Source: a virus. From it: a DNA stretch of 37,451 bases. The stretch's first letter is position 1; each line of letters starts with the position of its first letter. The notes beneath the pieces are model-generated. The model was not told the DNA's origin. It did not search any database and worked only from the letters and a program-made list of their open reading frames with translations. The position numbers and the translations under genes are program-made. Positions 25,528 through 33,344 of the stretch are shown here, piece after piece. The stretch covers positions 1 to 37,451 of IMG/VR virus record IMGVR_UViG_3300045988_125650. One strand, written 5' to 3'.

Positions 25528-26028
25528 ATGGAAAATGAAAAAATTATTCGTGTAGTAAAATCAACTGGAATTGGCAACAATTCACTCGGAGCTTTCGACA
25601 ATGCACTCTTTAATGCAGGTGTTCATAATTACAACCTTATCAGACTTTCGAGCGTTGTTCCAGAAGGATACACAGTTGTAAAATCAGACGGAAAAGCTCT
25701 CACAGACGGAAAATGGGGCGACAAACTCTATGTCGTTATGGCCATTCAACACGCAGATAAACCAGGGGAAGAGGCTCACGCTGGAATTGGCTGGGCGTAT
25801 GATAAAAACAATCCAGAACACGGACTATTCGTGGAACACGAAGGCACAAGCCTTGAATACGTGGAAACAGCTATTCGCACAAGCCTTAAAGACCTTTTTG
25901 AAAGCCGAGGCTTAGAGATGGGAGAAATTGATATGATTACTTCTTCAATCAAATGCGAAGATAAACCAGTAGTAGCATTTTGTGTATCAGCATTCGAGGC
26001 ACAAGGCTGGAATAACTTGCGAGGTTAA
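25528..26028 (+). CDS. Pyruvoyl-dependent arginine decarboxylase (PvlArgDC/PdaD/AaxB)-like protein
   Basis: 166 aa, the typical size. The stretch LGAFDNALFNAGVHNYNLIRLSSVVP closely matches the PvlArgDC core (archaeal PdaD [23 protein letters not shown], recalled from memory), including the Ser-Ser self-cleavage site. Confidence 0.65.
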   Translation: MENEKIIRVVKSTGIGNNSLGAFDNALFNAGVHNYNLIRLSSVVPEGYTVVKSDGKALTDGKWGDKLYVVMAIQHADKPGEEAHAGIGWAYDKNNPEHGLFVEHEGTSLEYVETAIRTSLKDLFESRGLEMGEIDMITSSIKCEDKPVVAFCVSAFEAQGWNNLRG

Positions 26029-26029
26029 A

Positions 26030-27163
26030 ATGGCTACTCGACTATACAAAACAACCGACGTATTCGAAGAAGGGCTCAACCGAATGCGGTGGCTCTTCGA
26101 AGAGTTCAATAACAATGTATGCGTGAATTTTTCTGGTGGAAAAGATAGCACCGTTGTTCTTAATTTAGCACTTATGGTGGCAAGAGAAAGAAACGCCCTA
26201 CCTTTAAAGGTATTCTTCCTTGACCAAGAAGCAGAATGGCAAGCTACAATCGACGAAATCAAAGCGGTTATGTATGACCCAGAAGTCGAGCCGTATTGGT
26301 TTCAAGTTCCTTTCAAAATGGAAAATTCAGCCTCAACCGAAGGAAAATGGCAGAAAATCTGGGGCAAAGGTGAAGAGTGGATTAGACCACAAGACCCTAT
26401 CTCAATTAAAGACATTGGTTATGATACTTCCGACTTAGAGTTTTACGACTTATTCTCACATTTTCTGGACTGGAAATTCCCAAAAACTAAAGCGTGTTTA
26501 GTGGGAGGGGTTCGAGCTGAAGAAAACCCTAACCGTGCGTTGGGGCTAACTCGTATGGCTACCTACAAATGGATTACGTGGGGCAAAAAAACTGAAATGG
26601 CTAAAAACGCTAAAATTCACTTCACCTTTTACCCAATTTATGACTGGACTTACGCTGATGTATGGAAAGCTATCGCAGACAATAACTGGCGATATTGCAA
26701 GATTTACGACAAACAGTATCAATATGGCTATAACATTCAAAATATGCGAGTATCATCATTGCACCATTCGACGAGCCTATCTTCACTTTACTCATTACAA
26801 GAACTAGAACCAGAAACTTACGAGGCAATCGTTCATCGAATGAGTGGAGTAGATACCGTAGGAAAACTCGGAAAAGAAGACCACTATGTCAAAGACTTAC
26901 CTTTTATGTTCACAGACTGGGTGGAATACCGAGATTATCTTTTGGAAAACTTAATTAAAAGGGAAGATGAAAAAGAAATCTTCAGACACGCTTTTGAAAA
27001 ATTTGATAACAAATATTCGAAGTATATTGATATGGAGAGAATTGCTCAACTCGAGATAACTTGCATTATATCGAATGACTTATATATGGTTAAATTAAAA
27101 AACGCTGAGAGACACCACGACTTCATCGCAGCGGATAAAAGGAGAATTGCAGAAAATGGTTAA
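26030..27163 (+). CDS. IbrA/DndC-like PP-loop ATP pyrophosphatase (PAPS-reductase fold with DUF3440-like C-terminal domain)
   Basis: PP-loop motif VNFSGGKDSTVVL. A ~200-aa extension after the PAPS-reductase core. ATG at 26030 with RBS GAGGT (the track start at 25982 overlaps the upstream gene). Confidence 0.75.
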   Translation: MATRLYKTTDVFEEGLNRMRWLFEEFNNNVCVNFSGGKDSTVVLNLALMVARERNALPLKVFFLDQEAEWQATIDEIKAVMYDPEVEPYWFQVPFKMENSASTEGKWQKIWGKGEEWIRPQDPISIKDIGYDTSDLEFYDLFSHFLDWKFPKTKACLVGGVRAEENPNRALGLTRMATYKWITWGKKTEMAKNAKIHFTFYPIYDWTYADVWKAIADNNWRYCKIYDKQYQYGYNIQNMRVSSLHHSTSLSSLYSLQELEPETYEAIVHRMSGVDTVGKLGKEDHYVKDLPFMFTDWVEYRDYLLENLIKREDEKEIFRHAFEKFDNKYSKYIDMERIAQLEITCIISNDLYMVKLKNAERHHDFIAADKRRIAENG

Positions 27164-27815
27164 AATAGAAGACTTCACACAAAAACACACAATCGAAGAA
27201 GACCGCCCTATATACAAGGTGGACAATTCCACGCTACCGGAACAAGTGAGGCACAACGCTTGTGCAAATATCTGTTTCATTCCTATTGAAAAGGTTCAAG
27301 CTAACGACTACAACCCTAACGCAGTGGCAACTCACGAAATGAAACTTCTTTATGTTTCTGTTAAAGCGGACACCTACACAATGCCCGTAGTTACCATTTA
27401 CGACCCAGAAATTAAGAAGTATGTCATCATTGATGGTTTCCACCGATACTCAACAATGCGAAGAAACAAAGACATTTATGAAATGAATGACGGTTATCTT
27501 CCTTGCGTAGTCCTAGACAAAAACATTAATGAGCGAATGGCTTCCACAGTTCGCCACAATCGAGCAAGAGGCAAACACTCAGTAAATGGAATGTCTACAA
27601 TCGTTTTCGAGATGTTAAAAAATGGCAAAACAGATGAACAAATCTGTAATGAACTTGGACTTGAAGTCGAAGAACTTGTTCGCCTAAAACATATCACTGG
27701 CTACTCTAAACTCTACCAGAATGTCCAATACTCTAAAGCGTGGGAAACGGACAATCAAATTGAAATAAAACGCAAATACAAGCAGGAGCACCCAGATGAG
27801 CAAATCACAATCTAA
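27147..27815 (+). CDS. ParB/Srx-fold (ParB N-terminal domain) protein, IbrB/DndB-like
   Basis: DGxHR-type motif IIDGFHRY, HNRARG. Overlaps the IbrA-like stop. Confidence 0.7.
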   Translation: MQKMVKIEDFTQKHTIEEDRPIYKVDNSTLPEQVRHNACANICFIPIEKVQANDYNPNAVATHEMKLLYVSVKADTYTMPVVTIYDPEIKKYVIIDGFHRYSTMRRNKDIYEMNDGYLPCVVLDKNINERMASTVRHNRARGKHSVNGMSTIVFEMLKNGKTDEQICNELGLEVEELVRLKHITGYSKLYQNVQYSKAWETDNQIEIKRKYKQEHPDEQITI

Positions 27816-28428
27816 GGACACGAAGTCAAAAGACACAAAGTTAAAGAAGATTAAACTTTCTAAAATTAAGCCGTATAATCTCAATGCACGAGATAATAAC
27901 AAATACGCAGTTCAAGCCGTAGTAGAAAGTATTAAACGCTACGGCTACACAAACCCAATCATCGTTGATGAAAAGAATGTTATCATTGCTGGACATACAC
28001 GCTACCTTGCACTTAAGGAATTAAATTTTGATGAAGTGGAAGTTATCGTATCAAAGATGAGTGAAGATGAAGCTAAAGAATACCGTATCATCGACAACAA
28101 AACTAACGAGCTATCGCAGTGGGATGAGAAAAATCTTCAGTTTGAATTACGAGAATTTGAACAAAGGGACTACGCTCAAGAACTATTCCCAGAAATCAAG
28201 GACAATATCAAAATTCAAGACACCACGGAGTATGATATTGATGAGAAAGATTTTGAAAGAATTGAGAAAAAACTCGGAGAAGATTTTGAAGAAAAGATGA
28301 ACAAAAAAACTTCATCTGATGACTTTCTGGAAATCAAGTGTCCGCACTGTGGCAGAACATTCTTAATGCCAATTCCAGACCTACTGCACAAATTCAAAAT
28401 TGAAAAATTAAACAGGGAGCAAGAATAA
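27796..28428 (+). CDS. ParB N-terminal-domain protein with C-terminal zinc ribbon (paralog A)
   Basis: Motif IIAGHTRYLA; KEYRIIDNKTNE; C-terminal CPHCG. Overlaps neighbouring genes. Confidence 0.65.
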   Translation: MSKSQSKDTKSKDTKLKKIKLSKIKPYNLNARDNNKYAVQAVVESIKRYGYTNPIIVDEKNVIIAGHTRYLALKELNFDEVEVIVSKMSEDEAKEYRIIDNKTNELSQWDEKNLQFELREFEQRDYAQELFPEIKDNIKIQDTTEYDIDEKDFERIEKKLGEDFEEKMNKKTSSDDFLEIKCPHCGRTFLMPIPDLLHKFKIEKLNREQE

Positions 28429-28976
28429 TGATTTCAAAGAAAACAGTCCATATTGATGAAATTGTTCCATACTGGAGAAACCCACGAGATAACAACGAGA
28501 ACGCTATCATAGCAGTCGCTAAGTCTATTGAAAAGTTTGGTTATCAAGCTCCAATCCTCGTGGATAGTAAAATGACAATTATTGCTGGACACACACGCTA
28601 CAAAGCATTACGCAGATTACGCACTGAATACGTAGAAGTTGTAGTATCAGATATGTCGCAAAAACAAGCCAAGGAATACCGCATTGTAGATAACCGAACA
28701 AACGAGTATTCTAACTGGATTATTGATAATGTTCTTGCTGAATATGAGGAAATCAAAGCCCCAGACCTTCTGGATGATTTATTCCCAACTATTCGTGGCA
28801 AAGAAGAAATCGAAGAACAAGAAGAAGAATATATTTCACCACGAGAGCAAGCTAAAACACTCACAATCGAAGACAATGATTATATTGAAATAATCTGCCC
28901 TAACTGTTTTAATGGATTTGAAATGACCTACAAGGAGTTTAAAAAACTCTGTAAAGAGCAGAATAAAAAATTCTAA
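28428..28976 (+). CDS. ParB N-terminal-domain protein with C-terminal zinc ribbon (paralog B; tandem duplicate of 27796-28428)
   Basis: Motif IIAGHTRYKA; KEYRIVDNRTNE; C-terminal CPNC. The start overlaps the upstream stop (TAATGA). Confidence 0.65.
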   Translation: MISKKTVHIDEIVPYWRNPRDNNENAIIAVAKSIEKFGYQAPILVDSKMTIIAGHTRYKALRRLRTEYVEVVVSDMSQKQAKEYRIVDNRTNEYSNWIIDNVLAEYEEIKAPDLLDDLFPTIRGKEEIEEQEEEYISPREQAKTLTIEDNDYIEIICPNCFNGFEMTYKEFKKLCKEQNKKF

Positions 28977-28997
28977 ACAAAAAGAAAGGAAAAACAA

Positions 28998-29489
28998 ATG
29001 GCAACTAAAATACCACTTTCAAGAATACCGTCTGCACCAAAAGTGAAACCAAAAAAGAACAGTGGGCGTGGCTATCACCCAGACGGCACACCCTACAATC
29101 CAACTGGAAAAGGTGGCTTCGGAGACAATCCACAGAACCGAGCTAACGGACACTGGGACAGTAAAATGACCCCAAGCTTTCAATACAAACGCTTTTTGAA
29201 TATGGACAGTGCCTCACTTATTGAATACGCTAAACAATGGAGAATTATTCAATTAAACAAAACCGAAATCAAAAGCGGAAAATATGATGGAGAATTCCCC
29301 CACACCGTGGTGGAAGAAATGGCACTTCGCCGAGTTCTTGCTGGTATGAAAAGCCTTGCAGATGTGAAAGAAATAACAGACCGTGTTGAGGGGCGAGCTA
29401 CCTACAAAGTCGAACAGAAAATTGAACACGACTTCGCCAACTACTCAAGCGAAGACCTTGAAAAACTTGCGAGAAGCTTAAATGAATAA
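28998..29489 (+). CDS. terS: Terminase small subunit (putative)
   Basis: 163 aa, immediately upstream of and overlapping the large terminase gene. Basic N-terminus. Confidence 0.55.
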   Translation: MATKIPLSRIPSAPKVKPKKNSGRGYHPDGTPYNPTGKGGFGDNPQNRANGHWDSKMTPSFQYKRFLNMDSASLIEYAKQWRIIQLNKTEIKSGKYDGEFPHTVVEEMALRRVLAGMKSLADVKEITDRVEGRATYKVEQKIEHDFANYSSEDLEKLARSLNE

Positions 29490-30891
29490 CGAACAACTTG
29501 CACTCATAAGCATTGAACTGGCGATTAGGAAAAGTCGCCAGTCTTTTCTATGGTTTGTCAAAAATGTTTTTTCGGCATCTTTTGGATTGAATGAATTCGT
29601 GTATGGAAAATACATTGAAGAAGTCATTACGGGAATGGAAGAACACAAATGGACTATGGACGTTTCAGCTCGAGACCACTTCAAAAGCACACGCTTATAC
29701 GCAGAAGTTATGTATGATTTATTCACCACTCAAACCGACCTAGAATGTAGATACTTTTCTTACCAAGCTGGAATGAGTGGCTACCACCTAGGAAAAATCA
29801 AGCGTATGATTGAACAAAATCCATTCTTCCACCCTAAAATGTTCATAGACCAAAGCCCTACATCTTTATCTGTATTACGCTACACAACACCTAACGGAGC
29901 TATTTATGAAGCAAGACCAGAAGGACTACTCTCATTTAAACGTGGTATTCACGCTGAACGCATTTACGTGGACGACCCACTTAAAGACCCAGAGAACAAA
30001 CTCGCACCGACAGTCATTCATAAAATCAATAATGTTATCAAGCTGGAAATCTTCCCAATGGTGAAAAAAGGTGGCTACTATCGTGTTGTTGGAACACCAC
30101 AGACAAATCACGACTTTTTCTTTGATAAAGGACTTCAGAGAAGACTTCACACAAACATTCGCCCAGCTATTAAAAGTGAAAAGAAAAAAGAAGTTATCTT
30201 TCCAGAATGGAAATCATACGAGGAATTAAATGATATTCGCAAAACCATTGGGGAGAAAGCTTTCAATCAGGAATATATGACTAAACCTGCATATAGTGAA
30301 AATTCTTATATTGAGAGAAAAGACCTTAACAAATGCGTAGATATTGAACTTGAAGACTTCGACAATAAGCCTTACTCACGCCCAGAGGGTGTAGATATTG
30401 TGGCAGGATTTGATATTGGTAAAAAAGCACACCCTAGTCATTTTGCTATTTTCGAGAGAACAATCAATCCAGAAACAAATCAATATCAATATAAACAAAT
30501 TCACCAGAAGTTTTTAGACCACGTGGAATACAAAGACCAAGTGGAATATATCAACCTCGCAGTGGAAAAGTATGAAATAGACATTCTACGCTATGACAAC
30601 ACCAGAGCGGAATTTGAAGCATTCGCAGAACAACAACTCTTACCTAACTGTATGATACCTGTTCAATTCAATATACGAACTAACAACCTTATGGCAGTTA
30701 GTCTTAATAAAGTCATTCAAGAAGAACGAGTTAAATTCATAGATGAAGAAAGACAAATAGACCAAATTCTTCAAGTCAATAATGAATTAAAAGCAATCGA
30801 AAGCCCACTGGGACACGGAGATAGTTTTTGGAGCAACGCCTTAGCTTTATACGAAGAAAAACCAAAAGAATATAGTATCAGGTTCTTATAA
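29482..30891 (+). CDS. terL: Terminase large subunit
   Basis: 469 aa. N-terminal ATPase and C-terminal nuclease region (VVGTPQTNHDFFFDKG, DIVAGFDIG). Position before the portal gene. Confidence 0.8.
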   Translation: MNNEQLALISIELAIRKSRQSFLWFVKNVFSASFGLNEFVYGKYIEEVITGMEEHKWTMDVSARDHFKSTRLYAEVMYDLFTTQTDLECRYFSYQAGMSGYHLGKIKRMIEQNPFFHPKMFIDQSPTSLSVLRYTTPNGAIYEARPEGLLSFKRGIHAERIYVDDPLKDPENKLAPTVIHKINNVIKLEIFPMVKKGGYYRVVGTPQTNHDFFFDKGLQRRLHTNIRPAIKSEKKKEVIFPEWKSYEELNDIRKTIGEKAFNQEYMTKPAYSENSYIERKDLNKCVDIELEDFDNKPYSRPEGVDIVAGFDIGKKAHPSHFAIFERTINPETNQYQYKQIHQKFLDHVEYKDQVEYINLAVEKYEIDILRYDNTRAEFEAFAEQQLLPNCMIPVQFNIRTNNLMAVSLNKVIQEERVKFIDEERQIDQILQVNNELKAIESPLGHGDSFWSNALALYEEKPKEYSIRFL

Positions 30892-30907
30892 TTCACTACA
30901 CAACGTG

Positions 30908-31017
30908 TATATAGCCGTATAACGCCGATACAAGCCCCACAAGCGACTTTAAACTCAAAAAGGCATACAAACTCATCTTTTGAATAAAAACGCCATACAA
31001 CGCAAATATAACGGTCA
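30908..31017 (+). repeat. Dispersed composite repeat, copy 6 (intergenic, between terL and the portal gene)
   Basis: TATAGCCGTATAACGCCGATACAAGCCCCACAAGCGACTTTAAAC ... AAAACGCCATACAACGCAAATATAACGGTC. Confidence 0.65.
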
Positions 31018-31025
31018 AACAAGCA

Positions 31026-31054
31026 GTGTAAAACATTCTCAAATGTGATATACT
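31026..31054 (+). promoter_or_regulatory. Candidate promoter: GTGTAA ... TG-A-TATACT, copy 2, upstream of the portal gene
   Basis: Same TGTGATATACTTAAA 15-mer as at 24216-24230. Confidence 0.35.
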
Positions 31055-31106
31055 TAAAGATAATTAAAAACCGAATAACTTTAAAAGAAAAAAGGAAAAG
31101 CAATAA

Positions 31107-33332
31107 ATGAATTTTGGACAAAGGCTTAAGAGTTTTTTCTCAGCACCAACCACAACTCAACCATTGACGAACCTTGATTATTCACCGAACCGAGCCAAGA
31201 AGTTCAAAACTAAAGATGAACAAATCAGAGCTAACATTGGGTGGGTATTCGCTGCATCGCAACTCATCTCAGATGATTGTTCCACGCAAGAGATAGAATT
31301 ATGGAAGAAACTTCCAGATGGAACAGAAGAACAAGTTTTCCAGCACGAGATTTTGGAACTCTTAAATGACCCTACAAGTCTTATGACACCAAGGCAACTT
31401 TGGAGTTTATACTATCAATACCTAAACCTTACGGGTGAAACCTACCTACTCAAACTGGACAAACAAGGCAAACCTATCACTAACAATGCACAACTTCCAG
31501 CGGCACTGTTCCCACTACCAAGTCATATGTGTGAACTCAAGCTCAATAATGATGATTACAATAAATCAGTGATTGTCTTTAATGGACAAGAATTCACTCT
31601 AGACCAAGTTATTAGAGATATTAACCCAGACCCAGAGAATATCTTTAAGGGACTTTCAGTTATTTCAAAAGTATCATTAGCAGTAGATACAGATGAAAGA
31701 ATGAAAAACTGGAATAATAAACTCTTCATCAATGGAGCAAGACCAAGCTTAGCACTCGAAGTGCCAGGGGAATTATCAGAGAAGAATTTCGAAAGATTAA
31801 ATCAACAGATTAAGGAAAGATTTGTAGGGGACGAAAATACCTTTAAACATATCATTTTAGAGAATGGAATGAAGGTCAATCCTTATATGATGAACCAGCA
31901 AGACTTGGACTTTCTATCATCAAGAGAATTTACACGTGATGAAATCCTTTCATTCTTTAAACTCTCAAAAGCGAATCTTGGAATTGTAGATGATGTCAAT
32001 CGAGCTAACAATGAAGCTCAAGAATACCGCTATGCAAAACAAGTGATTAAACCACGCATTGAACAATTCGCAGACATTATCAACCGAAGACTTATCAAAC
32101 CAGTATATGGAACAGAATTCTTTATTCGTTTTAAAAATCCTATACCAGAAGATAAAGATAGAATTCTTCAAGAAGCACAAGCAGGTATTAACAAATGGCT
32201 TACAATCGATGAAGTCCGTGAAGTATATGGCTATGAAGCACTTCCAGATGGAGCAGGTCAAGAGATTTACACACAATTAAACCAAATTAAACTCTCAGAC
32301 CTAAATGATATATCTCAAAACACCCCACAGGACGTCGATACAAGCCCTCAGAGCGAAGATAAACCAGAAGATGATAAAGATACCCCAAATGAAGATAACT
32401 CGCAAGGAAACACGCCAAACGCTGAGCAAAGCGAAGAAGAAGATAAAGAAGACAAGAACCTTGAAGCTGAAATTCAAGATGAAACTCTCATCAAAAAGCG
32501 AGCTATTGGAAATAATAAAATTCAACGTAGGACAATCCAAGCCAAACGTTATGAAAAGAAACTTCTTAAAACCAGCAGAAAGATGTTCGATAGACAAAAA
32601 TCACAAGTCTTAAACTGGCTAGAACATAATAAACCTACAAATGAAAAACAATATCAAAAAGCCTTAATCCAGAAAATCAAAACCAAGGACTGGGCAGATG
32701 AAATGATAGACTGGGACAAAGAACAAGAATTATTCCAGCAAGATATAGCAACTATTCAAAGAACCATTATTGAAACAGTGGGACTTGAAGAATATAACGC
32801 TTTAATCTCAAATGATGATAAAAACTTCAATTCTAACGCACCGTCAATAGATAAATTCATTTTAGACACTTCTGAATTAGCAAGCCTAACAATCACAGAT
32901 GAAACAAAGGAACAAATCAAAGCAACACTATCAGAAGCAATCCATAATGGAGAAACTCTAAATGAAATGACAGCAAGGGTCGAAGAAACCTTTGGAACAA
33001 TGGCCACTAAAAGAGCTCAAATGATAGCTCAAACCGAAGTAGCCACAGCCCTTAATCAAGCAGACATAGAAGCGTGGACACAAACCGAACTTGTAGAAGC
33101 AAAGGAGTGGTTCACTGGCGAAGATGAAAAAACTTGCGGTTATTGTCAATCAATGGATGGAAAAATAATCTCTCTTGAAGGTAAGTTCTTTCATAAAGGA
33201 GATAAAATAGAGTTCGAAGATACACACGAACACTCACATCATATGAACCTTGACTATAAGGACATCACAGCTCCACCTATTCACCCACACTGTAGATGTG
33301 CATTGCTACCGGTATTAAAAACTCTTGAATAA
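31107..33332 (+). CDS. Portal protein fused to a C-terminal MuF-like (SPP1 gp7-type) head-morphogenesis domain
   Basis: 741 aa. The N-terminal ~400 aa are portal-like. The acidic low-complexity linker (aa ~408-450) is encoded by a dispersed-repeat copy. The C-terminus (MIAQTEVATALNQADIEAW ... CGYCQSMDG) is MuF-like. Confidence 0.75.
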   Translation: MNFGQRLKSFFSAPTTTQPLTNLDYSPNRAKKFKTKDEQIRANIGWVFAASQLISDDCSTQEIELWKKLPDGTEEQVFQHEILELLNDPTSLMTPRQLWSLYYQYLNLTGETYLLKLDKQGKPITNNAQLPAALFPLPSHMCELKLNNDDYNKSVIVFNGQEFTLDQVIRDINPDPENIFKGLSVISKVSLAVDTDERMKNWNNKLFINGARPSLALEVPGELSEKNFERLNQQIKERFVGDENTFKHIILENGMKVNPYMMNQQDLDFLSSREFTRDEILSFFKLSKANLGIVDDVNRANNEAQEYRYAKQVIKPRIEQFADIINRRLIKPVYGTEFFIRFKNPIPEDKDRILQEAQAGINKWLTIDEVREVYGYEALPDGAGQEIYTQLNQIKLSDLNDISQNTPQDVDTSPQSEDKPEDDKDTPNEDNSQGNTPNAEQSEEEDKEDKNLEAEIQDETLIKKRAIGNNKIQRRTIQAKRYEKKLLKTSRKMFDRQKSQVLNWLEHNKPTNEKQYQKALIQKIKTKDWADEMIDWDKEQELFQQDIATIQRTIIETVGLEEYNALISNDDKNFNSNAPSIDKFILDTSELASLTITDETKEQIKATLSEAIHNGETLNEMTARVEETFGTMATKRAQMIAQTEVATALNQADIEAWTQTELVEAKEWFTGEDEKTCGYCQSMDGKIISLEGKFFHKGDKIEFEDTHEHSHHMNLDYKDITAPPIHPHCRCALLPVLKTLE
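32334..32416 (+). repeat. Dispersed composite repeat, copy 7 (inside the portal gene; translated ..DTSPQSEDKPEDD...NSQGNTP..)
   Basis: GTCGATACAAGCCCTCAGAGCGAAGATAAACC ... ACTCGCAAGGAAACACGCC. Confidence 0.6.
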
Positions 33333-33344
33333 TAAAGGACAAAT

